The notes under the pieces are model-generated. The model searched no databases. It worked only from the letters and a program-made list of their open reading frames with translations, and had not been told where the DNA came from. The position numbers and the translations under genes are program-made. This document shows positions 1-14,355 of a stretch of DNA of 64,000 bases, one piece after another. Position 1 is the first letter of the stretch, and every line of letters starts with the position of its first letter. The DNA comes from Octopus vulgaris (taxonomy: Eukaryota). The stretch is taken from positions 22,568,001 through 22,632,000 of the forward strand of contig OX597822.1 of assembly GCA_951406725.2 (NCBI GenBank). Direction: 5' to 3'.

Positions 1-78
1 TGTAATCGACTTAATCAGTTTGTCTGTCCTTGTTTGTCCCCTCTATGTTTAGCCCCTTGTGGGTAGTAAAGAAATAGG
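1..78 (+). mobile_element. 3' tail of tRNA-derived SINE (same family as 36283-36508)
   Basis: tgtaatcgacttaat...gtccttgtttgtcccctctatgtttagccccttgtgggtagtaaagaaata is the reverse complement of the tails at 36287-36360 and 43030-43125. Confidence 0.75.
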
Positions 79-505
79 CAGGAGTAACCAGAGTAAAGTG
101 GGAAAAGAAATAAATATTGAGAAATGTTAGGATACAAAGTGAATAGAAGTGAGTGGGGAGAGGAGAAGAGTATGAGTCAGAGAAGTTGCAACAGTGTAGT
201 GAGTGAGAGGGGGGAGGGAGGAATGGTTAAGGATGGAGAATGGGTAAAAGAGGGAATATGATGAATGAAAAACAAGGGCTGAGAGGTGTCAGTGATAAAT
301 AGGCATTGGAGTGAAGCAGAGAAGAATAGATGATGGTTGACAACAGAGGTTATGAAGAGAAGCAGAAAAGTAGTAATAACACAGTAGACAGAGTAAATTT
401 GAGAAAGAGGGTGGTGACATGTGTGAGGTAGGCTGCAAGAGTTAGGGAAGATGCAGATATAGAGTGTGAAGATAGATAGATAAATAGAGAGAGAGAGAGA
501 GAGAG

Positions 506-1025
506 AATTTCTTTATTAACCATAAGGTTGAGAAAAAGAGGAGATGATACGAGGACAAACAAAACAAACATTGGGGTCAGGGTTTCAAATGAGACGAAAC
601 GTATGAATAAACAAACAATTAAAATATATACAATTAAATGAGAATGAGTGATTTACAAAAATTGAAGCGGAGGACGCGGTTGACCCCCACGAACCACATA
701 CTCACACTGAAGACTTTGCTTTCTCCTTTTTATATTCTTGATTAAACAGGTTCTTTTGCTCGCAACATATATGCTATATACTTCCATCTTTTACGAAACA
801 CACTTTGCGACAGGCATTTCTTCTCCAGCCTTATTTTCCGTTTCATGTGGAAAACGAAAAAGTCGATTAGCTCGAGACTGGAGATGAACATGCCTGTTGC
901 AATTCCTTTCACTCTCGTCTTCCATACTACCTCTTTCGCCATAGCAACTACCGAGAGAAAACAGACTCGCTCCTCCCTATTGAAGGAGGTCGGCGGAACG
1001 ATCTTAATTACAGATTCACTCAAGA
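506..1025 (-). mobile_element. L1/Tx1-clade LINE 3' fragment (ORF2 C-terminus plus 3' UTR) abutting a (GA)n tract
   Basis: ORF 742-1077 reads ...ESVIKIVPPTSF...VAMAKEVVWKTR...FRKRW, typical of the region after zf-RVT in Tx1-like ORF2; similar to 42681-42950 (DSITKIVSPSSF); ends AATAAAGAAA on the minus strand. Confidence 0.6.
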
Positions 1026-1934
1026 CAGTGTAGAGAGGGAGAGATAGAGAGTGATAGAGAGTGAGATATTCGTACACATTGCTAAGTATAAAAATTTGAA
1101 CACTTTGTCAGTGCTGTATTCTAGAATCACAAGGTGTTTGAGGTCATACAAAACCTTTATTCGAGTACCTCTCCTTAGGCTGATCAAACTTAGGTCTATG
1201 TTCAAGTGGCAATCTACCAAGCCCAGTAGTTTATCTCTTGAGTCAGAACCCCCTAGATGCTAACTCAGCAGCCTCTCCATTGTTGACCCCTTGACATTGG
1301 TTGACGCAAATATGCGATCACACTTTTGTTTACCTACCCACGGTTAACGTAAATATACAATGTAGAGCTGCCCTACGTCTATCACAGACTTTTTAGCGGC
1401 TGACGTATGTTTATGTTCGCTGTCATGTACTTTATCTCTTTAGGTGTGTGCGCTTGCACACACCCAATCTCTACACTTAGTTACCATGTGTGTACCAAAC
1501 CCTGTATGTAATTAACAAAGTTCTCTAATCAGTAGTCATTATGTCTCAGACTTCATCCTAAGTATTAGTAAAGAAATATATTTTAGGTTACGTTCAAGTC
1601 ATGAGACTAGCAGTAGACCAATGACATGCGGATACTTTACATGCATAATACCGTGTTTTGAGTTCTACCACACAGAAGCTATTTTTTTAACTTGAGCAGA
1701 ATAACTCATGCATATCATATTATGATAAACAGCTTCACATAGTTCGTTTTCATAAACCAGTTGATGTAAATGTACGACGCTATGTTATTGTAACGGTGAA
1801 TGTGAATAGACGCAAGCTCGTTGGCACTTGTGTGTTTGTGTGGCCTCATTAGATAAAAAAAAACCGGAGCAGTATCTCGCATGCTTCTGGTAATACCAGC
1901 GTCAGGAGGTTAATGACGGCTCTTGTATTCATTC

Positions 1935-2640
1935 CTCTAATTCCCACGGCTTCTAAGACCTTACTGTGAGAACAACTTGCAAGTCCTCAATTGCCCACCT
2001 TTGTTAGCAAACCTGGTTTTTCCACAGTCCTCCAGCAACTCCTGGTAATTTGCTTTCTTTTACACTTGTGCCTCCTCCGTCCTTTTCCACCTTAGTGCAG
2101 TTAATTTCAGTAAGAGGTGTTGCCCTGTTGCCTCAGAAGCCAAAATGTTATCTGGTCCCAACAAGGACTGAGTGATATGTGATGGAAGTTTTTAACTGCA
2201 TCTCTTGGTCATCTTTCATTATCCAGCCAAGTGCTGTGGAAAGTAAATCATCATAGCTGTTCCTCAGTTTTTTCTTTGGATGCATTCCTTCAATAAAAAT
2301 GGTCTCCCTCACTGCAGTGTGAGTATGTTTGAATTCTCTGATCTGTCCCTGCTTTGAAACACAGAGGGCATGCTGGTACTTACATTATATTCCATGGAAA
2401 TGTGTTGGGAAGGGTATTGTAGAATCCTTGAACCCTCTGTAAGTTCCATTTCCAGATGTCTCCTGCTAGATGCCATTTCATTCCCTTGCTTGCTTCCATT
2501 TCATTTAGATCCTGTTTCCACATTGCCACTGATCTTTGCTCATTCTTTCTTCTCTGACACACACTCCTCATCTTTCTCTTGTAACAGCTTCTGCCTCTCT
2601 TTTCTACAGGCTGTGTATCTTGGGTTGTTTTTCTCCTAAA
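1935..2640 (-). mobile_element. Decayed RLE-type non-LTR retrotransposon (HERO-like), C-terminal region
   Basis: Broken minus-strand frames give VAMWKQ...DIWKW...YNTLP, LSTALGW, PDNILASEAT, EEAQ..KKANYQELLEDC, matching the PD..(E)LTVPWEE..EEA..RK..KY pattern of HERO-type endonucleases. Confidence 0.55.
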
Positions 2641-2804
2641 TCTCAGTTTACACTGTACAATGCTGCTAAGGATTATGTTTTATATATATATATCTATATA
2701 AATGTGCGTGTGTGTGTGTGTACACAAAGATAATGGATCACATCCAATTTTGACAAGTATTCTAGTTGTTCAGTCGACTGAGGTTTTTGTTTATTAAATT
2801 ACAG

Positions 2805-3050
2805 TATCGCCGGTGGCACATAAAAAGCACCATCTGATCGTGGCCGTTTGCCAGCCTCGTCTGGCACGTAAAAAGCACCCACTACACTCATGGAGTGGTT
2901 GGCGTTAGGAAGGGCATCCAGCCATAGAAACATTGCCAGATCAGACTGAGCCTGGTGCAGCCTTCTGGCTCCCCAGACCCCAGTTGCACCGTCCAACCCA
3001 TGCCAGCATGGAAGGCGGACGCTAAACGATGATGATGATCATCATCATTA
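2805..3050 (+). mobile_element. RTE LINE 3' UTR/tail ending in (GAT)n
   Basis: ggcacgtaaaaagcacc...ggaagggcatccagc...ccaacccatgccagcatggaag..gacgctaaacgatgatgat; same tail follows the RTE ORF2 at 50.5-51.6 kb. Confidence 0.8.
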
Positions 3051-3963
3051 TCAGTTAACATCCATTTTCGATACCAGCATGGGTTGGATGATTTGACAGG
3101 AGCTAGTGTGACTGAGAGCCACATCAGGTTCCATTATCTGTTTTGGCATGGTGGATATCTTTCCTAATGTTAACCACTTTACAGAATTCTTAAATGGCAT
3201 CAGCACCAGTGCTTTTTACATGGTATCAGTGCTTTTTATATGGCATCAGCACTGACAGGCTCACCAAGTAACTTGCAAGACAAAAACCCCTCAGCTGTAA
3301 GTGGTTGAATATTCCCCTGACACTGTTACCCTTCAAATTCTCCACTAATATTAGCTTAAGGCAGTGTGTCATGCTGATATTATTGGAATTATCCATGCAA
3401 TGCACTTGCAAAGTTTTCATCTACCCAATTTCACTAATATGGTTTCAATCAAACCCAAGGCTATGATAAAACCACTTTCCCAAGATGCCATGTGGTGGGA
3501 TCAAACCCAGGACCACGTGCTTACAAAACAGCCCTCCTTAACCATCCCTTGAAATGTATATAATAATTCATTTTTAATGGTTGAAATAATAGTGTGTTAA
3601 ATAATTGGGTTAAAAAATGCTTTCAGTAGAAAACAAAGGCTGACTGTAGCATAAATGATAGACAGAAAGAGAGATAAGGTGTATCTCTAGCCTATATGCT
3701 CATTAGGCTGGAGCATAACCAAGTTTCCAAGGTCTATGAGCAACTGAAAAAGCCCCTCACCCATCCTTCCCTCCCCAGCTAGGTCTGGTACTCATTTCAA
3801 CAAAGTAAACTGTTGCAATGTGAAATGAATTACCTTACGCAAAGACATAATTCACTATCTGGTCTGCTTATCAAACCTATGACCTTCCTATTAAAAGCTC
3901 AATATGTCTCAGCAACTAGGGCATGTGCCTTCAAGGACATTTTTTGCATGCTATATACGTATG

Positions 3964-4000
<37 letters not shown>

Positions 4001-4003
<3 letters not shown>

Positions 4004-4120
4004 CCTGCTCGCTTAGCCAGCGGGGTGGCATCATTCGAAGGCTAAAACAATGCGAACGCATTGTGACCAGCGATGTGTAACAACATCTGATGGTCTGGTC
4101 GGTCACGTGATCACGTGATA
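4001..4120. repeat. 120-bp GC-rich structured insert inside a (TA)n tract (probable retroposon tail)
   Basis: (TA)n on both sides; internal hairpin acaatgcg-aa-cgcattgt and terminal palindrome tcacgtgatcacgtga. Confidence 0.55.
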
Positions 4121-4239
4121 TATATATATATATATATATATTTATAATCAAATTCGATGACTGGCCTCCGTGCCGGTGGCATGTAAAAGACACCATTCAA
4201 GCATGATCATTACCAGCATCGCCTTACTGGCACCTGTGC

Positions 4240-4835
4240 TGATGGCATGTGTACACATGTCTTTGGCTGTCACAGCCCATGTTTCACAGCTGTATAGCAA
4301 AGCTGTTTGCACACAGGCATCATACAATCTGCCTTTCACTCTGAGGGAGGGGCCCTTTGTTGCTAGCAGAGGTACAAGCCTAATCTTATTCTCGCAGCCA
4401 AGCTCTCAGAGCATCCACCTCTGCTGCTAACTTGGTCAACTAGATAATGGAAGTTATCTACTACCTCTAGCTTATATCACTGGCAGTTGATGGCATCTAT
4501 TTTCTGTAGATTTTTGGCGTTTATTGTACCTGTGCATCTTCTACACACAAAAGCTATTTCTCTTGTTAACCTTCTTCTGATATTGCTGCACCTCGTATGT
4601 GTCCATAGATTACACTAGGTACGTCTTATGGAGTTTCTATCGACACCTTTTCTATAGACTGAGCAAGACCATCTGCCTGAGGGGATTTGTGATTTTTCTA
4701 CCTTCCTACTTACTAAGACTTTGGTTTTTGCTAGGTTAACTCCGAGGCCCTTCAACTCTAGACCTTGTTTCCATACCTGAAATTTCAACTCTAGTTCTAG
4801 TAGTGCTTCAGCTATAAGAACAAGGTCATATATAT
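4240..4835 (-). mobile_element. Decayed RTE LINE ORF2 fragment
   Basis: KGRLYDACVQTALLYSCETWAVTAKDM, homologous to 50516-50776; upstream sequence resembles the LEVVD.F.YL region. Confidence 0.75.
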
Positions 4836-5032
4836 ATATATAAACTGCAGTGAGTTCCTCTAATTATATTTATGTGCCTGGGTGTATATAAATACCTTAG
4901 CATATTGATGTATGTTTATTCACACTTTAGGTATATCCTTTTACATACTCACCCTCACCCACAAACTTTTCATTTAGATACACATACAGTATAAGCATGC
5001 TTGTACACATGCATGCACATACACACGTGCAT

Positions 5033-5067
<35 letters not shown>

Positions 5068-6364
5068 GCATGCAAGATGAGAGATAATGGAATATTGAAC
5101 AGAAGAGATCTTTAAGATATATCAAAAATTTTAAATCTGACCAATACAGTGCACTGATACAGGAATATATAAGCTTAGCACCCACCAGTTATGTAGCACT
5201 GTAGAGATAGGCGATAACATCTGAGAGAGATGTCATCTCTGATTCCTCCTTTATTTTGGTAATGTTATCAGATCATGTGTCATCATATCAGGAATTAATC
5301 ATAACCTTGAGAAAACGGCATTTCTTAGAAGAAACAAAAATATCTGATATTGATTTGTTAGATTTGATCAGAGTTAGAAACAAAGTAACAGATTCCACAG
5401 TGAGCATTTCCCAGAATGGATTCTTGTCTAGAGAGAGAATGCAGGAGAGGAAGGAGAGAGAGAGAATGAGGGAGAGAGAGAGACTAGCATTGATAGTTAC
5501 TGAAAAAGTGATAAAAGGTCACTTAAAGAGCCAATTATGTCAACTGACTGGATTTGTTACATGATATATATATACAATTAAAGCAGTTTATGTGCATATG
5601 TTAGTAGTCATTTAATCAAGAGTGATGCCTCTTACACATAGCTTACGACAGCAACGAGGAAAATTGTGTTAGTAAAATTTGATTGGTCAGTGTTTTCATG
5701 TTGAGAAACACATGATCGATGGAAAAGTGACAAAGGTTGCAATGAATGCCAAGAGGTTTTCTTATGCAAATATATTACAAGCTTTGACTACAGAGCTGAA
5801 AGTGGAAAGAGTTGAGAAAGGTGGTGGTATTGGAGGTGATAGGGAAGAGAGGAGGGTGATATGTTGTGGATCACATAACCTTCAACTAATAATATATATA
5901 TTTGGTTATGATCATGCACACATTAAGAATTTATTACTACCATAAGAAGTACTTTTCTAATAATGCGTACTAATTTGATTGGTGCTCAAAATCAATGGAA
6001 ATTACAATTATTTATTTTTGGACATGATGTTGAATTCCTGAGAATGTTCCATGTTAGTTAGTGTCACTGGTAGGCAGAAGGTTCTCATCAATTCTTACAT
6101 ACAACTGTCATATAAGGAATACAATATTATGAAGACATTTATTTATCGCAGAACTTATGTGACATGAATGTAAGCAGTTGATGTGTGAATGGTGAAATGG
6201 CTGGAAAGGGGTGTGCATGTCACAGTTTAATTAAGTTAATAAATTGTTGAAAGGTACTGCCATGTTATATTTGAGAAATATATATGATAGCGGGCAGCAG
6301 AAGGTGATATGTCAATCCAGTGAAACTATGAAAATTATTTCACCGACAACCTACCTTAACTTTA

Positions 6365-6490
6365 TTTACCATTAACATCAGTTAACAACATCAGTTAATG
6401 ACACTAGGTAATGGTATTAGTTAACGACACCCGTTAACAGCTCCAGTTAATAACATTAGTTACCGGCTCTAGTTAAATGCAGTTGTTAAA
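6365..6490. repeat. Degenerate ~12-bp minisatellite built on GTTAAC/AGTTAA
   Basis: catcagttaacaacatcagttaatgacactaggtaatggtattagttaacgacacccgttaacagctccagttaataacattagtt. Confidence 0.6.
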
Positions 6491-7267
6491 TGCTTATGAA
6501 ATCAAAGAGATAACACCTTTCACTTCTATACTACCATGCATTAATTATTAACATCAAATGATTTCACCAGGTTTGGAGTTTCTGTGTGCAATAGGCCACC
6601 CAGACACACACACACACACATACACACATATATGAAACCTAAGTGTACAGCTGAAAACTATGTATTTGTGTTGTTTATCAAGCAAAGATAATACTGGTAA
6701 AATTCATCCCCTCTCCAAACTACACCACTCCAAGAACTCTTATCAATTATATATTGCTCCCGCTGTTTTCATTATGAAGTTTTTCCTTATGAAGCATTTA
6801 CAGCAAATATTAATGATAGAACCTAAACTGTCAACCAGTGACCATTCTACTAAGATAAGTAACTGCAAACTCTCCATCTTATATAAACCTCCATAGAAAT
6901 AATCTCTAGCATACATGCTAATTCCATGTTACAACCCCTAATCTCTCAGGCTACATGTGAAAATATTAAAAATCTTTTATGTAAATCTCTTGTGTAAGTA
7001 TTTCCCAAATAAACCAGTACAATAATATGAGCTAGAACTATACAGTCCAAACTTCTCTCACTTGAATCTCTCCAGTCCTCTCAAAAACAAACTGTAATCC
7101 TTAGTGTGTCAATAACATGATTGTGCAATTAAGACATTCACAAGGGAACCTCGTGGTTAGGGATTCAGTCTCATTGCATCAGCATTATTGGCTGGCATCT
7201 ACTATAGTTGCAGGTCAGTCAATACCTTGTGGATGATCTAGTAGATGGAAACTGAAGGAATCCATCA

Positions 7268-7269
<2 letters not shown>

Positions 7270-7320
<51 letters not shown>

Positions 7321-7373
7321 GTACATATATATATACATACATATATATATATACATATATATACATACATATG

Positions 7374-7421
<48 letters not shown>

Positions 7422-7500
7422 CAGATATATATATACACACACATACATATATACATATACATATATATATATACACATATATATATACATATATATATGT

Positions 7501-7543
<43 letters not shown>

Positions 7544-7633
7544 TATATATATATACATATATATATATACACATATATATATACACATATATATATATAC
7601 ATATACATGTATATATACACATATACATATATC
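7270..7633. repeat. (TA)n/(TACA)n compound microsatellite
   Basis: Directly visible; source of spurious YI-rich ORFs. Confidence 0.97.
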
Positions 7634-7855
7634 TATAAAATAATATGTTACAATTACTCAATAATCAAGATAAAACTCTGAGTTTCAGATGCCGAAGTGG
7701 AAATCCACAACGCCATCTCTTCGGCATCTGAAACTCAGAGTTTTATCTTGACTATTGAGTAATTGTAACATATCATTTTATATATAAATTTCCTCTATTT
7801 ACATAATATTGAAGTCTCTTTCTTTCTTTTCTTATCTTACCATTTTTACCAATAC
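7634..7855. mobile_element. Penelope-like pLTR fragment with 64-bp inverted arms and partial hammerhead, inserted in (TA)n
   Basis: Arms 7634-7697 and 7719-7782 are reverse complements with 2 mismatches; minus strand contains stem II, GAAA-CTCAGAG-TT. Confidence 0.65.
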
Positions 7856-8897
<1,042 letters not shown>

Positions 8898-9668
8898 ATT
8901 TCATCATCATCCTTTAATGTCTGCTTTCCATACTGGCATGGATTGGATGGTTTGACTGAGGATTGGTAAGCTAGGAGGTTCAACCAGGCTCCTGTCTGAT
9001 CTGGCAAGGTTTCTACAGCTGGATATCCTTCCTAATGCCAACAACTCTGAGAGCATAGTGGTGCTTTTTATGTGCTACTGGCATGGGGACTAGTCAGGCT
9101 CACTAGCATCGACTATGCTCAAATAGTGCTTTTTATGTGCCACTGGCATTGACCATGCTCCAATGGTGATTTTTACGTGCCACCAGCATGGGTGCCATGA
9201 TTACTATTTCTCTTGACTCAACAGGCCTTTTCAAGCACAGCATATTGCCCGATGATTGAAGGGTACTTTTAAATGGGCTGGTTATGCAGCAATGGTATCA
9301 GCCACAGTTACCAGATCTCAAGCACAGCATATCTCTAAAGGTCTCAGTCGCTTGTCATTGCCTCTGTGAGGCCCAACATTTGAAAGTCATGCTACACCAC
9401 TTCATCCCATGTCTTCCTGGATCTACCTCTTCCACAGGTTCCCTCCACTGTTAGGGTGTGAAACTTCTTCACACAGCTGTACTCATTTATACACAACACA
9501 TGACCATACCAGTGCAGTCATCTCTCTTGCACACTACATCTGATGCTTCTTATGTCCAACTCTTTTTTCAGAGCACCTACACTCTGTTGTATATGCAAAC
9601 TGATGTTCCACATCCAGTGGAGCATACTAGCTTCATTTCTTTTAAGCCTGTGTATGTCCTCAGCAGTC
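8898..9668 (-). mobile_element. 5'-truncated RTE LINE (ORF2 C-terminus plus 3' UTR)
   Basis: Minus strand encodes WYGHV...EGTCGRGRSRKTWDE-like motif and ends in the (GAT)n tail; homologous to 50500-51610. Confidence 0.8.
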
Positions 9669-11614
9669 ACCATATATATGTATATATACACATACACAAG
9701 TCACATTTGTCTGTATGTATGCAAGTGAGCATTTGTGTGAGTGAGTTAGTATTTCCCTTTCTCTTCACACATGTAGGCTAAATGTAAGTAAAAGTATCAC
9801 TGTTTATACATGTAGTGCTCTTTGCTTGCAGTCCACTGTCAAAGAATGTTCAGCTTTTTTTTTTTTTACATATTACATGTTCTTTGTGAACAAAAGACTC
9901 ATTCAAACATTTCCACTTTCTCAGTTTTACTATGTTCAGGTTGATCATCGTTCAATAAACCTGGAGATTATTATATTGCTTGAAAATAGGTGAAGGTTGG
10001 TATCAGGAAGGGCATCTCAACATAGAAAACCCTATTCCAATGGAGTTTCATCTTACTTTTGCAAGCAAAAGAAGGTAGATGTTAAAATGATGGTGATGTT
10101 TACTAAACACAGCTCCTCACTAATTTCTTTCTTCACAACCTGTACATCCCGATACTAGCCAAACCATCTACTCTATTTATGCCGCTTCTATTTCTTATCA
10201 CTTCGGCTAAAACACTTCGCGACTGTTCCTAAGAACATTATTCTTCCACCCAAGAATTGCGGACAATTATTTTAGATATTGCAAATAATGTACTACAGCA
10301 TAATATGTTAGAGGTTTTTGATAAGCAAATCATTGATTTACTACCCTTCTGATACTGAGGGTAACAAGTGTGTGTCTGTGACTCAGAGAAGAACAACAAT
10401 GGCAAAATACTTCAAGTGTTTCTTCAACGATGTTTGCATCTGGTTGATATTTATAAATGTAACATACATATACACAAAAGCTACTTACTTTTATACAGTT
10501 TCAGTCTTCCAAATTTCATTCACATTATAAGAGCAAAATATCCCACCAAGGTCGACTTTGCCTTTCATCCTTTCGGGGTCAATGAAATAAGTACCAGTTA
10601 TGCATTTGGGTCGATGTAATCGACTATCTCCCCCTAATTTTAAGGTCTTGTGCCTACAGCAGAAAGGTTTATAATAGCATAATATAAGTCTTTGATAGAA
10701 GTTTCTTTCTTGCTCAAGGTGACATACAAACAAACATGCCCTCACAGCCATTCCTGAATCTGACTAATTCTTAAAGCTGTCTATTATCCTCTCAGAATCC
10801 TCATCTAACTTCCATTTCAGATCTAATATCTATGTTATCTATCAGATACTATCTAACTTATAACCTGTGTGATTTATGACCACCTGCATTTATGGCATGT
10901 CAGCTACAACCACCATTTACCTATGACTAGTTAATTACAACCAACAAGTTATGCAATAAGTGTGTGAATGTTTGCACCGTATTTTCACAAGAAAAATTAT
11001 CTTAACACACAATGCATAACTTGTGCAACTTACTGCATAATTTGTGTTAACTTAATACACATTGCATAAATCATGCAACTTAACACAGATATTGTGATTG
11101 AACATGCATTGTTCGGAAAATAGAATTAACACATTGCTTGAACTGTAGGAATTACTCTGCAACATTTAATTTAAAAGTGGTGTTAGTGAGATATTGTAAT
11201 TTTGTAGCATAATTCTTTATTGCATTTAAATAGGAAAGAATTTACGGTTTGATTCATCTTCTGATAAAACGGACCATTGTGTATATGATGTATGTGTATA
11301 TTTGTATGAACATGTAAATATCTGTGTTTGTGTGTGTATGAGCATTTTTATATGAGTGTATGCATGCATGTGCTTTTATGTGTGTATTGGGTTTTCTTTT
11401 TTAATTCTTCCAATAAAGGAGCTCATTTCTAACAAACATATTGCTATCATGAAATTTAGATGGCAATAGTATAGAGCTAAATGAGGAATTTTAGAAAAGT
11501 CTTTCATATTTTTATTATTCCACTTAGACTGGTCCCTATGATTGTCTGAAAAAACTGGTGATTTTAGATTATTATTTAAAAACTAAATAAAAGACAAACA
11601 CACCAATTATGTGA

Positions 11615-11915
11615 AGATGCATGGCTTATGATTGTAAGGCCATGAGTTCAATACCCAGTGGCATGATATGTCCTTGAGCAAGACACTTTATTTTACATTG
11701 CTCCTGTCTACTCCAGTGGCAAAAATGAGTAGTACCAGTATTTCAAAGGGTCAGCCTTGTCACATTGTATATCACACCGAATCTCCTTGGGAACTAGGCT
11801 AAAGGTATATGTGTCTGTGGAGTGCTCAGCCATTTCTACATTAATTTCACATGCAGGTTGTTCTATTGATCAGATCAACTGGAACAATCATCATCATAAC
11901 TGATGGAATGACAGT
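11615..11915 (+). mobile_element. tRNA-derived SINE (family with ttgagcaagacactttatttcac...aaaatgagt core)
   Basis: B-box-like gagttcaatacc plus conserved body; other copies at ~17920-18235(+), 19750-19920(-), 20555-20805(-), 55745-56095(+). Confidence 0.65.
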
Positions 11916-13065
11916 ACAGGTACGCTATTATGATCTACATGTGACTTGATGTAAGTCCAAAAGAAATACACTTCCTGGAAATATTACCAAATTGGCAGCA
12001 AAACAATCTATGCTGACTTCTTTGATTTTTGTATGTAGAGTATTTCTCAAGGTCATTGATGAGGTTAAGATTATTCCAGTAATTCTGGGGTCACTTGGAA
12101 TGTCATTGAAAACTCCCAGCTTGATGTTGCTCCTGTCAGTTTTGTGACCTTAGTTGATGCATTTGTTTTTCCTGCTATTCTTTAGCAAATGTTTGAATAA
12201 TACCATATGACACTCAAGGATTCTAGGACAGTTATAAGCCTCTTCTCCCATCGTTTCTGAAACAGAGAGACATGTGCATATATGTTTGTGTGGGCATTTA
12301 TATATGTATGTGTGTACAAGTAAATATTGCATGTACATGTTTGTTTATGTGTGTGCATAAGCATGTACATGCAGGTATATGCATGCGCATATAAATTAAT
12401 ACATGTGTGTATATGCATTTACACATGCATATGTAGATGAAGATGTATGCATACACATGTTTATATGTATGTACACCCATGCACAAATGAATGTATATAT
12501 TTGTGTGTGCATTTGCATGTATGTGGAGATAATTATGCAAATAAACAAATAAAACTGCTTGGGTTAGATATATAAAATATACATACATATATACATGTGA
12601 ACAGAGAGAAAGCAAAGACAGAAAAATTTCAGACGATGAATATTCAAGTATAAATATATAAATGTTTATATATTAACAGAGCAGACTTACACAGAGCACA
12701 AATATATAGAAAATTTAAAGGGGAGAAATTATAGCATTACAGGTCTACACATGAGTGTGTGTGTATATATATATATATATACACAATTGTGTGTGGGGTG
12801 TGCATGTGTGTGATTGAGTGGTTAAGAAGTTTGCTTAGTAATTGCATGTGTTCACTATTAATGCTTGGCATTTTTATCAAACTCTATACTATTGCCATCT
12901 AAATTTCATGATAGCAATATGTTTGTTAGAAATTATCTCCTTTATTGGAGGAATTAAAAAAGAAAACCCAATGCATGCATACAAGCACATACATGCATGC
13001 ATACACTCACATAGAAATGTTCATATGCACACAAACACAAATATTTACATGTTCATACTATTGTT

Positions 13066-13325
13066 CATCATCATCATCATCATTTAGCGTCCGCTTTCCA
13101 TGCTAGCATGGGTTGGATGGTTCAACTGGGGTCTGGGAAGCCAGAAGGCTGCACCAGGCCCAGTCTGATCTGGCAATGTTTCTACGGCTGGATGCCCTTC
13201 CTAATGCCAACCACTCCGTGAGTGTAGTGGGTACTATTTACATGCCACCAGCTCAGGTGCCAGACGAGGCTGGCAAATGGCCACGATCGGATGGTGCTTT
13301 TTATGTGCCACCGGCATGAGGCCAG
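13066..13325 (-). mobile_element. RTE 3' tail
   Basis: Reverse complement of the 2805-3050 type tail with (CAT)n; another copy at 13763-13930. Confidence 0.8.
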
Positions 13326-13408
13326 TTCATTTATTTACCAATTGTCTTCTACCTCAGCACCAATATGCCCAAAGTTTTCCCACTGTTATTTAGAAGACAG
13401 AAACCACA

Positions 13409-13624
13409 TATGGGTGGGGTGCTAGAAAGTTCATGGCTTTGGGTGAAAGAAAATACAGGAGGATCAGTTAATTATGATTTTATTCAACGTATTTCCCTCT
13501 CAGATTCACACACTTATTGCAGCGGTCCTTCAGTTTTTCTAAGCCTTGTAAAAGAACTCAGAAGGTTGGGCCAGATCGTTAGCAATACCCTTAAAGCCAG
13601 GAACTTTTCAGCATCCCTTTGTAG
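13409..13624 (+). mobile_element. Mariner-derived MITE (~215 bp)
   Basis: TIRs ~TA-gggggtgctgaaaagttcctggcttt / aaagccaggaacttttcagcatccc-TA; copies at 30997-31199, 34192-34400, 35577-35780, 62134-62349. Confidence 0.75.
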
Positions 13625-14283
13625 AAGCCTTGATGTACCTAATTTGCTTTGTCACTGGCACTAGGAAAGGCATCCAGTTGTAAAAACCATGCCAAAGCAG
13701 ACAAGAGAGCTTGGCATAGTTCCTTGGCTCTCCAGCTCCTATCAAACATCCAACTCATGCAATCATCATCATCATCGTTTAACGTCCGCTTTCCATGCTA
13801 GCATGGGTTGGACGATTTGACTGAGGACTGGTGAACCAGATGGCTGCACCAGGGGCCAGTCTGATCTGGCGGAATTTCTACAGCTAGATGCCCTTCCTAA
13901 CACCAACCACTCCAAGAGTGTAGTTGGTGGTTTTAAAGGATGATGATGATAATGAAAATCATTTTGAGTCATTCTGATAATTACATAAAAGGTACAAATG
14001 TCTGTGGAATTATATTGCCAGGAAGTGACAATGAGAAGTTCATTTCATTGACTGAACTACTGACAGAACTCTTACCAAAAACTACTGAAGAATTCTTCAT
14101 AAATGGCGTAAAAAGGCACCGAAAGCAAGAAATAATTTTGTACCCCCTTCACACATGTACTATTTTACCCCACCTCCAACACTTGCTGTGCCTCTGTTCA
14201 CCATTCATGTGTGTATATATGTTTGACATTGTAAGAACAAGCATGTATGTGAGATAGAATGTATGTGTGTGTATGTGTGTGTA

Positions 14284-14355
<72 letters not shown>

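Noticed and set aside
5250-6300. Possible decayed transposase or coding relic
   Set aside because: No recognisable motifs in any frame.
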